Under the pieces are notes generated by a model, which worked only from the letters and a program-made list of their open reading frames with translations, ran no database searches and was not told the DNA's origin. A stretch of 64,000 bases of DNA from Planctomycetota bacterium (GTDB lineage Bacteria; Planctomycetota; UBA8108; SXIK01), in NCBI GenBank assembly GCA_965223845.1, contig CBDCXR010000004.1, positions 6,208,001 through 6,272,000 on the forward strand, in the 5' to 3' direction. Positions 1-10,602 of the stretch are shown one piece after another; within the stretch, counting starts at the first letter, position 1; each line of letters opens with the position of its first letter. The position numbers and the translations under genes were made by a program.

Positions 1-1006
1 CGTGGTGCGTGAGTGGGTGGTGCGGATCCGGGACACCGATCTCCGGGTACGTGCGGTTGCTCGTCTCCCGCGCCATTTGGAAGGTGACGACGCGGGTCAC
101 ATCCGCCTGGAGAGCGAGCACTTGGAGATCGAACATGAGCCGCGCGTGATCCGAGTACTGAGCCGGTACTCCCAGCGGACGTTCGGCGTCGACCGGCGCG
201 CTCTCGGCTTCCGCTTCGGCCTTTTCGACTCGTCGCTCCACCTCGCGGACGGCTTCGAGGTACTCGCTCACCTTCGATCGGTCAGCGGGCCCGAGAGTTC
301 GCTCGAGCCGGGCGATCTCTTCCGTGACCCCATCGAGGAGGCTCGCCTTCCGTTTGAGCGCGGCGCGTCTCTCCTCCGGCGTGCCACCTTCGCCAAACAA
401 CTTTTCGAATACGATGCGCGGATGCGCTTCGGCCGGGAGCGGCGTCGTCGGAGACGACCACGAGAGATTGTTCTGATAGACGCACGCGTAGCCGTTGTCG
501 CATTGGCCGACCGTCTCGAGGAGATCCATCGCGAGCTCGAGGGACGGGAGACGCGTCTCTTGTCCGATTCTCTTCGCCGCGATTTGATCGACGGTCGTCG
601 CGAGCCGGTAGTCGCTGCTCTCCGTCCACTTTGCCTTCGCCGCGCTGAGGAAGGCTGAGTTCGACGTTGCGTGCGTGCCCGGGTACGCGTTCATCAGCTC
701 CATGTTGGTGATGATCGCGATCTTCTCTTTGACCGATTCGAGCGGACTGAGGCTCGGCGACAACTCGCCGAGGCTTTCCGTACCCGCCGGTGTCCAGCGG
801 TCGATGTCGCAGCCCATCGGCATATAGACGAATCCGAGCCGGCGCAGTTGCCTCGGGTCTGCGGGCGTCTCGGACGCGACCGTCATCGCCGGAACCATCG
901 CGTCGAGGAGCGGAAGCGCCACCGTCGCGCCGAGCCCGCGAAGAAAAGTGCGACGCGGGAGTGCCTTCTTCGAAACGAAGGGCGAGCGTCTCTCGGAGTC
1001 GGTCAC
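1..1006 (-). CDS. DUF1552 domain protein (3' part runs off the window)
   Basis: Not in the ORF track. GTG at 1006 overlaps the upstream TGA (GTGA) and translates to MTDSERRSPFVSKKALPRRTFLRGLGATVALPLLDAMVPA...LGFVYMPMG...TVDQIAA...PSLEL...CDNGYACVYQNNLSW, typical of DUF1552, the usual partner of DUF1592 genes. Confidence 0.85.
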   Translation of the reverse strand, partial: MTDSERRSPFVSKKALPRRTFLRGLGATVALPLLDAMVPAMTVASETPADPRQLRRLGFVYMPMGCDIDRWTPAGTESLGELSPSLSPLESVKEKIAIITNMELMNAYPGTHATSNSAFLSAAKAKWTESSDYRLATTVDQIAAKRIGQETRLPSLELAMDLLETVGQCDNGYACVYQNNLSWSSPTTPLPAEAHPRIVFEKLFGEGGTPEERRAALKRKASLLDGVTEEIARLERTLGPADRSKVSEYLEAVREVERRVEKAEAEAESAPVDAERPLGVPAQYSDHARLMFDLQVLALQADVTRVVTFQMARETSNRTYPEIGVPDPHHPLTHH

Positions 1007-3651
1007 CGTGCCAACCTCATCTGAAACGGCGTGCTCTTTGCGATCCCCAAAACGAGTGACGAGAATCGATAGTTTCCCTTCCGCGCGGCGCGCACGATCT
1101 CACGAACGGCCGGAGCATCATAGTACTCGACGCCGCGGCCGAGCGCGAAGGTGAGGAGCTTCTCGACGAGCGTGCGAACGAAGATTTCCGGTCGGTCGAG
1201 GAGGCTCTCTTCGAGGCCCGCGACGCCTTGGAACTCGCCCCCGCCCGGGGCTCGACCGGTCGCGTCGATCGGAGCCTCGGCGTCGAGGTCTCGCCAGCGG
1301 CCGACCGCGTCGAAGTTCTCGAGGGCGAAACCGATGGGATCCATCATCTCGTGACAGCTCGCGCATGCGGGATTCGCGCGGTGTTCGAGGAGACGTTCGC
1401 GAAGAGGAAGATCCGCGGACACGGTCTGCTCCTCGAGCGCGGGAACATCAGGAGGCGGCGGTGGCGGTGGCGATCCGAGAAGGTTTTCGAGGATCCAGTG
1501 ACCTCGGATCACGGGCGACGTTCGCGTCGCGTACGACGTCACGGTGAGAATACTGCCGTGGCGGAGGAGGCCGCCGCGCGGGTTATCCTCAGCGAGCGCG
1601 ACGCGGCGAAACCGGCTTCCGTGGACGTGCGGTATCCCGTAGTGCTTCGCGAGGCGCCCGTTGAGGTAGGTATGACGGGAGCGGAGGAGCTCGAGCACAC
1701 TTTGATCGCCGAGAAAAACGTCGCGAACGAAGAGCTCGGTCTCGCGCCGGAGCGCCGTGCGAAGGTTGTCGTCGAAGCTCGGAAAGAGTCGTTGGTCCGG
1801 CTTCGTCGAATCGAGATTCCGGAGGTGAAGCCACTGACTCGCGAAGTTGTCGACGAGCGAGCGCGAGCGCGGATCGGCGAGCATGCGCCTCACTTCGCGC
1901 TCGAAAACCTCCGCGTCGCGCAGTCGTCCGCTCTCTGCGAGTTCGAGGAGCGCATCGTCCGGGATACTGCTCCAAAGGAAGAACGACAGCCGCGACGCGA
2001 GGTCGATGTCGCTTACGGGGTAGGTCTCACCCGGCGCGGTTCCCGGCGGCGCTTGTTCGATTCGGAAGAGGAACCGCGGACTCACTAGGATCGAGCTGAG
2101 GGCGAGCTGAATTCCTGCGTCGAACCCTCCGTCGAGGCTTCCTTCGCGATAGAACTGAAGCGGTTGCGCGAGGAGCTCGTCGTTCACCGGTCGCCGGTAC
2201 GCCCGGCGCGCGAGAGTGGACAAAATGCGGCGCGCGCAATCGTCCGCCTCGGAGGGCGTCTCGGGTCGGCACGCGAACACGCGGCGCCGACTCGGAGTGT
2301 CTCCCGATCCTTTGGCGCCGAACGGCCCGGTGATCGAAACCTGGAAAATCGCCGGCGTCCGCCGCGCGTGGCGGTGGCGGTTGAAGCGCGCTTGGTAGGG
2401 TTGACGGCGAGACTCGACGAGAGCCGACGACGACTCGACGAACGTCACGCCGATCCGGCGCGGACCGGCGCGGACGGGAATGCGCACTTTCAGATGGGCG
2501 TCCACCTTCGAATGATCGTCGTCCTGCGGCGGCTCGACGCGGAACGTCGCCGCGCGTTCGCGGTCGACGAGGAGCTCGAGCTCGTGCGGTTCGCGGAGGC
2601 CCTCGACGTGTTCGTCTCGGTCCCGCGTGAGCCAGATCTGAATCTCGTAGTCCCCGTCGAGAGGGAACGTGTACGGAAAGAGAGTGCCGCCGCGAGTGCC
2701 GAGGGGCAGACCTTCGACGTGCCCTTCCTGAGTTCGATCCGCAGGGACGCGAATCGTGTCGCCGCGCGGAGCATTCAGCTTCCCGCCAACGGCGAGACGG
2801 CTGATCGTTTCCGCCGCCCCGACGTAGCGTTCGAGTCGCGTGGGCGAAAGGTCGGCGACGGTGACATTGTCAAAGCCGTGACTCGACGAGTCCGGCGGGA
2901 GGAGAGCCGAAGCGTCGACGTCGAGCGCGAGGAGGTCGCGAACCGCGTTTTGGTATTCGGTCCGATTGAGTCTTCGAAACGAATCCGTGCGACCGGGATT
3001 CGGATGCTCGGCGGCGGCGGCGTCGAGCTCTCGCGCAAGCGCCGTAACGACCGCGCCGACGCTCTTTGGATCTGGGCGAGGCTCTCCCGCGGGCGGCATC
3101 TGACGGGCGGCGAGCTTTCGAATCACGTTTTCCCAAACGCGCGGATGCTTCCGAGCGGGAAGCGTCGCGATGCTCTCGAGGTCGAGGCCGGCCTCTTTCG
3201 TCTCCGCATCGTGGCAATGCGCGCAGGACTTGGTGATCCAGCTCCCGCGCTGCGTCGCGTCGCTCTCAATGCTCTCCGAGTCGTCGCTGGTCGTTCGCGC
3301 GCTCAGTAAGCCGTCGATCGCCGAGACGATCTCGTCGTATGTTTTCTCGTCCGGGCGAGGTTCATCCTCAGGCGGCATCTCGCGCGAGCGGAGCTGGCGG
3401 GCGATCTTTCGCCACTCCTTCGTGCCGAGGTCGAGGTTTCGAGCGGCGACACCGGTGAGGTCGAGCTTTCCCTTTCGCTTCTCGGGATTGTGGCAGCCGA
3501 CGCAGTACTTTCCGAGGAACGCGTGAACCTCAGCGTTCTGCTTTGTCGCAGCGTCGTTCGAACTAGCGGCCCGTTCCTCGGCCGCGATGGCAGTCGCGGC
3601 GAGAACAAGGATGGCCAAGAGCCCTGGAGTCGATCGGTCGAGGAAGCGCAT
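1003..3651 (-). CDS. DUF1592/DUF1588/DUF1587/DUF1595/DUF1585 (PSD) protein with planctomycete cytochrome c domains
   Basis: Signal peptide; CVGCH and CAHCH haem motifs each followed by MPP; RRLNRTEYQNAVRDLL, LASRLSFFLWSSIPD, TSPVIRGHWIL, CASCH and LLTFALGRG motifs. Start placed at ATG 3651 (ORF track 3747). Confidence 0.9.
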   Translation of the reverse strand: MRFLDRSTPGLLAILVLAATAIAAEERAASSNDAATKQNAEVHAFLGKYCVGCHNPEKRKGKLDLTGVAARNLDLGTKEWRKIARQLRSREMPPEDEPRPDEKTYDEIVSAIDGLLSARTTSDDSESIESDATQRGSWITKSCAHCHDAETKEAGLDLESIATLPARKHPRVWENVIRKLAARQMPPAGEPRPDPKSVGAVVTALARELDAAAAEHPNPGRTDSFRRLNRTEYQNAVRDLLALDVDASALLPPDSSSHGFDNVTVADLSPTRLERYVGAAETISRLAVGGKLNAPRGDTIRVPADRTQEGHVEGLPLGTRGGTLFPYTFPLDGDYEIQIWLTRDRDEHVEGLREPHELELLVDRERAATFRVEPPQDDDHSKVDAHLKVRIPVRAGPRRIGVTFVESSSALVESRRQPYQARFNRHRHARRTPAIFQVSITGPFGAKGSGDTPSRRRVFACRPETPSEADDCARRILSTLARRAYRRPVNDELLAQPLQFYREGSLDGGFDAGIQLALSSILVSPRFLFRIEQAPPGTAPGETYPVSDIDLASRLSFFLWSSIPDDALLELAESGRLRDAEVFEREVRRMLADPRSRSLVDNFASQWLHLRNLDSTKPDQRLFPSFDDNLRTALRRETELFVRDVFLGDQSVLELLRSRHTYLNGRLAKHYGIPHVHGSRFRRVALAEDNPRGGLLRHGSILTVTSYATRTSPVIRGHWILENLLGSPPPPPPPDVPALEEQTVSADLPLRERLLEHRANPACASCHEMMDPIGFALENFDAVGRWRDLDAEAPIDATGRAPGGGEFQGVAGLEESLLDRPEIFVRTLVEKLLTFALGRGVEYYDAPAVREIVRAARKGNYRFSSLVLGIAKSTPFQMRLAR

Positions 3652-4095
3652 CCCGGACGTCGCGTAGATTGGGTCTCGGTGCGAAGGCGCACGTCCGTCC
3701 AGGATACCCGCTCGCGGCGACGCGACAAAGAATGCGAACGGCGACACAGGCTGTGTACGAACGCCGGTGTTGTTTGCTCGTTCTTCTAGTTCTTCGGTTT
3801 CCGCGAGTCGTGAGAGGCAGCACCCGGTGAAGTCGCAGATCCGTGGGCGACCCGTAACGGGGTTAGTTGGGAGGGGAACGGGGTTCGTATGAGAACAGGT
3901 ACTATTAATTAACTATATTCGGAGGCTGTTCCCGGGAGAGCCGTCCTCGATTCGGCGTCGGAGGCCGAAGGATCGACCGGGATTGGCGGAAGATCCAATC
4001 AATTCAATCGCATTGTGGTCGATTCCGACAGACCAGTTCCCCTGGGCGCTGCGTAGTTGGCGCGTTCGGAGATCTCCGGCTGGTCTCGGTGCCCG

Positions 4096-5010
4096 CTACG
4101 GCGGAGCCGGAACCGCTCCGGAGTAGAGAGGATCACACGGTTGGCGGTGAAACACGCGCATCCAGTACGTTCCCGCCGGGAAGACCACGTCCTTCACGCC
4201 GTCGCGGTACTGGCGGAGCGCCACGCGGTAGCAGTTTCGAAACGCGACGAGAGCTCGGAGCTCCTCGATTCTGGGTTCGGGTCGTTTCGCTTGGATCGTC
4301 GGCGAGAGCTTCCATCTCTTCTCGTAGCCTTGCGGTGAATCCGTGGGGCTTTGGTTGCGGGCCCGCTTCGCTCCGAGAAAACCGCTTTTCGATTTCTCGA
4401 TTCTCTTTCGGCAGACCGCTTCGCGCTCAGCGACGGCGCGTTCGATCTCCGCTTTGAACTCGTCGAGGTCGCACTCCGAATAGCAGGGCGGCGGCTCTAT
4501 CTCGAGCGCGACGACGTCCGGCATCAGATCCGAGAAGAACCAGCCGGGTTTTTCTGCGTAGACCGTAGTACCGAACTGACTCGGATCGCTGCGCACCCCC
4601 GGCCATTCCTTCGCCGTGGGAACGAGGCCGGAGGAGACGGGGTTACAAAACGTGTATACGAGCTGACGCAGCACGTCTTCCGACTCGATCGCCCGCACGC
4701 AACTCGGTCCCGAGCAGTCGAACACACTGCCGAGCCTCCCGCGAAGCGCGTTCAGACAGCGAGCGAGCAGAAGATGGAAGCGCTGGAGGAACTCGGAGTT
4801 CCGGCAGTCGGGATCCGTGGCGATGAGATGGTAGTGGTTGGACAGCGTCGCGAACGCGTGAATCTTGAGGCCCGTCTTCTCGGCCGCGTACGCGAGACAG
4901 TAGAGCACGGCGCAATTGACCCTCTCATCGGGACGCAGGAGGAACTGCCGCTGGGTGCAGCGCCGCGTGATGAGATAGGTCGCGCCCGGGAGGATCTGTC
5001 TTGGGTGCAA
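4096..5010 (-). mobile_element. REP-associated tyrosine transposase (RAYT, Y1/HUH family) with C-terminal extension
   Basis: TYLITRRC N-terminal motif, HUH motif (SNHYHL) and catalytic Tyr motif (VYTFCNPV). TTG start with GGAG 10 nt upstream. Confidence 0.85.
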
Positions 5011-5236
5011 ACGTCATTCTCTCCGAGTCGTCGAGGCGCCCGTCGGTTCGGAGAGCGTCGCGTGGGTCAGGCATCAGTAGCTTGGAGGGAGGCGGGCATG
5101 ATCTCAAGATTGAGCCTCTCTCGTCCGTCCTGGCGGTTGGTCGATGGCGCGGTCCGGGTCGGCTTCGCTGGCAATCACGCGCTGACCCGAACCGTCGCGC
5201 AGGATACGCCGAGTTCCTGTCGAGAAGCTCGTCGCC

Positions 5237-6934
5237 TCATTTCCGTTCCGCGACGAGCTTCCTCGCCTCACCGAGCACCTGATCGAGACTCCCGTGTCCG
5301 GCCACCCGGCCTCGTTGGTCGACGACCACGGAATACGGGATGCCGTGCACGTGGTACCAGCTAGAGAGGAAGCCGTAGCCTCGCCCTCCGCCGGGCTTCT
5401 TCGTATCGATGCAAATCGGATAGCTGAGCTTCTTCTCGTCGACCAGCTTCCTTACGCCTTCGAGCGATTTCGTCGGGGTGTGAACTCCGATCACGACCAC
5501 CCCGGATTTGTCTCGCCCTTTGTGCCAGCTCTTGAGGATCTCGAAGTCGTTCCGGCAGGGCGCGCACCAGTCGGCCCAGAACTCGAGAACGACCACTTTC
5601 CCTCGGAGATCGTTCCACGTGAGTGGCTTGCTGTTCAGCCAGACCGTTTTGGGGAAGTGCACGGCGGGCTTGCCGATCCGACGGTCCTGTTTCGCTTTTC
5701 GGTTTGCTTGCTCAGAGGCTTTCTTTGCGTGCGTGTCGAGGATCGCCTGCCACTCTTCGGGAGAGAACTCTTTCTTGTACGCGTAGAAAAGCGGCGGGTC
5801 ATACCGCCGGTCAGCGACTCGAACTCCTTCGCGCATTTCGACCTCGAAGAGCTCATCCGGAAGCGTCGTATTCACTCGGTGTTCGACGACCTCCAGATCC
5901 CGCCGGCCACGGATCTCGTCCTTCGTGCCCCGGCGGAAGAACCAGTAGCCGTACTTCAGCGGAAGTCGGAAGCCCGGTAGCAGCTCGCGGTAGTCGTCGA
6001 AGTATGTCTCGCTTGAAGGGTTCGCGGCCTCGAGTAGCTGAGCGACGAGACGTCGTTCCGCCTCCCTCTGTTTCTCCTCGGAAACGCCCTCTTTCCACGC
6101 TTTCCACGCCGCGACGTCCGCGATGGCCGCACCGGCGATGCGAGTCATCGCCTTCCTTCTCTCGTCATCCGGCACTCGCCGAAAGGAAGTCTGGCCGTAG
6201 AGGAACCCATCGTCGACCCCGACGTAGATACGCCGAGACGGCCAGCCGCGATCGGCGATGGTCCCGAGCACGTGACACTCGCGCCCGCGAACGTTCTCGT
6301 GGCCGAGAAGTACATATTCCTCCGGCGCGCCCCAGAAACGACTGCGATGCTTCCCGTCGCGGTCGTACCACATCGTCACCGATCCGATTTGGAACTCGCT
6401 CGAATTCCACCAAAACGAATGCGCTCCGATGGCGAGCCAGTAGAGACCGTCGATATGCGTGAAGTTCCCCTCCGGGCGGTCGTCGAGTGCGTAGCCTTCC
6501 TGCTTGTGCGTGAAATACCGTTCGTAGACTGTGGCCTGACGTCCGTCCCAAATCTGGAAATGAGTCGAGGCGTCGCGACGCTCGGAGGAGACTCGCATAC
6601 GAGCTCGATCGAACGCGAGCTCGATCGACTCCGTCTGCCGCGGACGTAGCGCGGGGAAGCGCTCCGGCGTCACGGTCTCGGGCGCGAACTTCTTCTCGAG
6701 GTCGGCCCGCTCGTCGGCGATCGTCTCCTTCGAGCGCGTCCACGTTCCGCGCATTCGGAGATGAAGACTCTCGAGATCGTGGATCTCGTTCTCGCGCGCG
6801 ACCAGCGCGCGAACGATGTCGGCGGCGTCAGCAGAGCTCGTCTCGGCACTCCCGTCCGCACGCGTGAAGTTCGTGCGAATCGCGATGGCGCCGAGAATCA
6901 GCAGCCAAACCGTACTACGGTGATGTCGTCTCAT
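5237..6934 (-). CDS. Exported protein with C-terminal TlpA/redoxin thioredoxin-fold domain
   Basis: Signal-like N-terminus; C-terminal LRGKVVVLEFWADWCAPC...VVIGVH...GIPYSVVVDQRG. Start at ATG 6934 inferred. Confidence 0.8.
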   Translation of the reverse strand: MRRHHRSTVWLLILGAIAIRTNFTRADGSAETSSADAADIVRALVARENEIHDLESLHLRMRGTWTRSKETIADERADLEKKFAPETVTPERFPALRPRQTESIELAFDRARMRVSSERRDASTHFQIWDGRQATVYERYFTHKQEGYALDDRPEGNFTHIDGLYWLAIGAHSFWWNSSEFQIGSVTMWYDRDGKHRSRFWGAPEEYVLLGHENVRGRECHVLGTIADRGWPSRRIYVGVDDGFLYGQTSFRRVPDDERRKAMTRIAGAAIADVAAWKAWKEGVSEEKQREAERRLVAQLLEAANPSSETYFDDYRELLPGFRLPLKYGYWFFRRGTKDEIRGRRDLEVVEHRVNTTLPDELFEVEMREGVRVADRRYDPPLFYAYKKEFSPEEWQAILDTHAKKASEQANRKAKQDRRIGKPAVHFPKTVWLNSKPLTWNDLRGKVVVLEFWADWCAPCRNDFEILKSWHKGRDKSGVVVIGVHTPTKSLEGVRKLVDEKKLSYPICIDTKKPGGGRGYGFLSSWYHVHGIPYSVVVDQRGRVAGHGSLDQVLGEARKLVAERK

Positions 6935-6987
6935 TCGGCATGATCTCCGGCATTCTTCGGACCTGTTGTCTCTCGTTCGAACTTGCA

Positions 6988-9900
6988 TCACGGCTGAAGC
7001 CTCACTTCGAGTACGCCGACCTCTCCGGATCGAAGTGTCACCGTCGCCGGATCGGGGCGCGGAAAGCCATCGGCCGACGCCTCGACGGTCCACTCGCCCT
7101 CCTCGAGCGCGTAGAGTCGCCCGACCCCGAAGCGATCGATGGAGATTCCGGTCGAGCGCCCGCGCTGCTTTTCGTGCCCGCGGAGCTTGACCCGCAGCGC
7201 AGACGGCCGCGTCCGTTCATTGCCGACCACCTCGACGCGAAACTCGAGCTGCGCACCGGGCTCGAGATGCACGACCGGCTCGAGATCCTCGATCGAGGCG
7301 TACGCGATGTCGCGCGGAAGAAAACGGTCGAGCTCGAACGAGAGCGTGCCGCTCTCGGGTAGATCGAAGCAGATGAACCTTCCCTGGTGGTCCGTGACCG
7401 TTCGCGCATTCCCGTAGTAGACCGAGGCGCTGCGAAGCGGATCTCCGTCGGGGCCGCGAACAACCGCCGACCACGTCGTACCGCGACCGAGATCCTTGAG
7501 CTGAAGCGTGAGTTCCGCCTCGAATCCGACCGCCGCTTCGGGTTCACGGCTCAGCGTCGCAGTTCGGTTTATCCGATGCCCGCGATACGCCGCCGAGACG
7601 TGATAGTATCCGCCGGCGAGGCCGGCGATGCGGTAGTCGCCTGCGGCGTCCGTCTCCGCCCAAGAGCCGAGGGGCGCACCGGAGCGCATGCTCGCTGAGT
7701 TGAGCGCCGAGACGAGCGCGCCTTCGACACCTCGCCCGCCGCTGTCGACGACTCGCCCGACGATCGCACCTCCTCGCGTGAGGACGATATCGTTCTCGAG
7801 CTCGACCGTCGCCCCGACATCGAGCGGAGCGAGTTTCTCGGTGTGAGTGACGCGATACTCGCCGCTGACAGAGATCTGGATCTCGACGCCCGCTTCGACG
7901 CCGACGAAGCGAAAGCGTCCGTCGACCGAACTCCGCGCCGTTCTTCTCGTCACGGGCGGTGAACCCGAGACCGTGACTCGCGCACCGACGACCGGAAGGC
8001 CGGAGTCGTCGACGACTCGCCCGCCGATCTCACCACCGGGAGCGAGCGCCACCTCGATCGAACCTTTGTCGGTCCTCGCGGCCGCATCCGGCTCGATCTC
8101 GACGGTCGTCGCCGCGTAGCGAAAGCGATGCACCTCGACGACGAGGTTCTCGCTCACGAACCCACCGAGCTCGGCCCGGCCCTCCTCGTCTGTTCGGCCC
8201 TCGTCGACTTTCCGTCCTCTCTCAACTTCGCCTCGTGGAGCAAAGATCTGCACCTGCGCCCCCTCGAGGAGTTCTCTACTCGCGGCGTCGCGCACGACGA
8301 TCTCGAGCTCCTCCCCGCGCTCGATCGACACCTCACCGACATCGATCGCGGCGCCGGAGATCGAATTGGCGTCGTGCTCGGTCCAGTCGAGCTCGACGTC
8401 GACCCAGCCGTCGACCTCGAGCACCGCGCGCGAAACTCCATCGGGGATGGCGGCGCTTCGAAACGCACCATCGGTGTCGATCTCGACCGACACTCGCTTT
8501 CGTTCGAAGCGCAACTCGCCCTTCGTGCCCTCCGCGAACCTCGAGTCGCGTTCGGACGGTTCCGATTCTCCGACCTCGGGACGCAAGCGACCGACCACGC
8601 GGTGACTCGGAGCGAGCTCGACCTCGACGAAGTCTTCGGCGGGAACGAGCTCGCTGTGCTTCGACCAGCGCGGCCATTCGGGATGGCTGACGGAGATCGA
8701 GCGGTAGAGTCGCGACGCGTTCGCGATTTCGAACTGGCCGTCTTCGTCGGTCGTCGCTTCGGGCTCTAGATGGTGGTTGTAGTAGAGGTGATCGGGGTAG
8801 CGATCTTCGATCGCCGGATAGATCGTGACCTTTGCACCCCTGATCGGTTCTCCGGCCGGCCCCCGAACGACACCCTTCAGCGAAGCGCCGGAGTGAACGC
8901 GGATGACGACATGAGAGACCTCGCCCGCCTTCGGTTTGACCGGCGCGGAAAAAGCGGCGCCGTACCCAGGGCCGATGACTTCGAATGCGACCAGAGGCTC
9001 GAGCGTGTCGACGGAGAACCGCCCCCACTCGTCGATCTCGAACGAGACGAAATCCCTCGACATGTAGCGTGCCGCACGGAGACCTTGCGGCGACTCCGAG
9101 AAAGCGCTCGCCATGAGCCGCGCTATCATGTGTCCTCTTCCTCCTTCGACGGGGCTCCCGTCGCGAGCGTAGACGACTTCGCCCGTGACGCGCGCGCCGG
9201 GCGAAAGGCGAACGGTGACGTCCTGGTCGTCCTCGATGCGCTTTCGGTGCGAGTCCGTCACCGGCAGGTACCCTTCGCGCTCGACCTCGACGCTGATGTC
9301 GCTCTCCTTCTTTTCGCGCGGAGGGAAACGAAACCGGCCTTCGGAGTCGGAGCGCGCGGTCGCGACGATCTCCGCCGGACCGCCGGAACGCGGCGACTCG
9401 ACGAGCCGGACTTCGGCATCGCCGACGGGAGAGAGTGTGAGGCTGTCGATCACGACTCCGCCCACGCGGAGTGCGACCGCCGGCGGTGATTCTTCGATCG
9501 GAGGCGGCACGGCGCCCCCGACCGCGGGTGTGTCGGCGACTCCGGGCGACGGAGCGGGCTCGGAAGCGCCCTCGGCGCCCGTGGCGACCGCCGGCGGATC
9601 GCCGGCGCCGACGACGGAGTTCGGAGTCGATTCCTGGTCGGGCCACGCGAACCACACGCCTGCGGCAATTACGGCGGACGCGACGAGCGCGATCGATCCT
9701 TTCGCGGCGAGGCTGGAGGCACCGAGGTGCGCCGCCGTCGACGCGCCTGCGGAGTGTCCGCAGAGCGGGATCAGTGCGAGTGCCCAGGTGCGGCGCTTGC
9801 TCCCGGAGCTTCGTTCGTCATCGAACCGATGGTCGAGCCGAACCGCGATCTGCTCGAGCGCTCGGCGGATGCGAGTGCGCACGGTCTCGACCGGGATCTC

Positions 9901-10329
9901 GAGCCGCGCCGCGATCTCTCGCGGCTTCAGGTTCTCGTAGAAGCGAAGCAGAACGACGCGCCGGTAACGTTCGTCGAGTGCGCGGACGGCATCGGTCACG
10001 GCGCCGAGCAAGTCCTCGCGCTCGCGGAGCTCGTCGACTCGCTGCGGATTGTCCTTGCGTTCGAGCTGACGACGACGATCCGCCTGCAGCTCGCGCCGAC
10101 GCCTGCGTTCGCCGCTTCGCCGCTCGTGCCGCGCCGTGTTTCGCACGACACCGGCGAGCCAGGCGCGAATCCGACCGGGCGTTTGTGGAGGTCGTGCCAA
10201 GAACGCGAGCCAGGCCTGTTGAACCAAATCGTCCGCGCGGCTCGCGTCCTCGACGAGACTCCGTGCCAAGCGCTGTACGAACTCCCCGTGCTGCGCGATC
10301 AGCTCCCAGTTTGCGTCGTCCGTTCGCAT
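6988..10329 (-). CDS. ECF sigma-70 factor fused via a TM helix to carboxypeptidase-regulatory-like (Cna-B type) repeats
   Basis: Region 2 (ADDLVQQAWL...AWLAGVVRN), region 4 (VVLLRFYENLKPREIAARLEIPVETVRTRIRRA), a hydrophobic segment, then repeated GxVVDxxGxPVxGAxV...TDxxGxF units. Confidence 0.88.
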   Translation of the reverse strand: MRTDDANWELIAQHGEFVQRLARSLVEDASRADDLVQQAWLAFLARPPQTPGRIRAWLAGVVRNTARHERRSGERRRRRELQADRRRQLERKDNPQRVDELREREDLLGAVTDAVRALDERYRRVVLLRFYENLKPREIAARLEIPVETVRTRIRRALEQIAVRLDHRFDDERSSGSKRRTWALALIPLCGHSAGASTAAHLGASSLAAKGSIALVASAVIAAGVWFAWPDQESTPNSVVGAGDPPAVATGAEGASEPAPSPGVADTPAVGGAVPPPIEESPPAVALRVGGVVIDSLTLSPVGDAEVRLVESPRSGGPAEIVATARSDSEGRFRFPPREKKESDISVEVEREGYLPVTDSHRKRIEDDQDVTVRLSPGARVTGEVVYARDGSPVEGGRGHMIARLMASAFSESPQGLRAARYMSRDFVSFEIDEWGRFSVDTLEPLVAFEVIGPGYGAAFSAPVKPKAGEVSHVVIRVHSGASLKGVVRGPAGEPIRGAKVTIYPAIEDRYPDHLYYNHHLEPEATTDEDGQFEIANASRLYRSISVSHPEWPRWSKHSELVPAEDFVEVELAPSHRVVGRLRPEVGESEPSERDSRFAEGTKGELRFERKRVSVEIDTDGAFRSAAIPDGVSRAVLEVDGWVDVELDWTEHDANSISGAAIDVGEVSIERGEELEIVVRDAASRELLEGAQVQIFAPRGEVERGRKVDEGRTDEEGRAELGGFVSENLVVEVHRFRYAATTVEIEPDAAARTDKGSIEVALAPGGEIGGRVVDDSGLPVVGARVTVSGSPPVTRRTARSSVDGRFRFVGVEAGVEIQISVSGEYRVTHTEKLAPLDVGATVELENDIVLTRGGAIVGRVVDSGGRGVEGALVSALNSASMRSGAPLGSWAETDAAGDYRIAGLAGGYYHVSAAYRGHRINRTATLSREPEAAVGFEAELTLQLKDLGRGTTWSAVVRGPDGDPLRSASVYYGNARTVTDHQGRFICFDLPESGTLSFELDRFLPRDIAYASIEDLEPVVHLEPGAQLEFRVEVVGNERTRPSALRVKLRGHEKQRGRSTGISIDRFGVGRLYALEEGEWTVEASADGFPRPDPATVTLRSGEVGVLEVRLQP

Positions 10330-10377
10330 GTACTTGCTCCGGTGTGTTACGCCGATGTCACCCGCATTCGGGGATGG

Positions 10378-10404
10378 ATGACCGGCGACGCCGGAATCGG
10401 TTCA
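10378..10404 (-). promoter_or_regulatory. Possible ECF-type (autoregulatory) promoter
   Basis: Minus strand TGAACC...GGTCAT (GAAC-N17-GTC), about 50 nt upstream of the ECF start codon; inference only. Confidence 0.3.
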
Positions 10405-10602
10405 GGAATTCGAGAGAGCCGATCCGGATCGGCTCTCTCGAAGAGAGACTCACACGAAGCGCGCGACCATTGGCCGACGCAAGCGAGTCGGTCGGATTCG
10501 TACAGGCCGGGTTTCGGATGCGAAGGTAGGATGTCTGCCGCATTGCGATTCCCTCGCGCGACCGGGATTCGACCCCGACCCAACCCAGCATGGAGACCAT
10601 CG

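Noticed and set aside
5010-5017. Frameshift at the RAYT start (out-of-frame ATG at 5017)
   Set aside because: The in-frame TTG at 5010 has a reasonably spaced GGAG, so no frameshift is needed.
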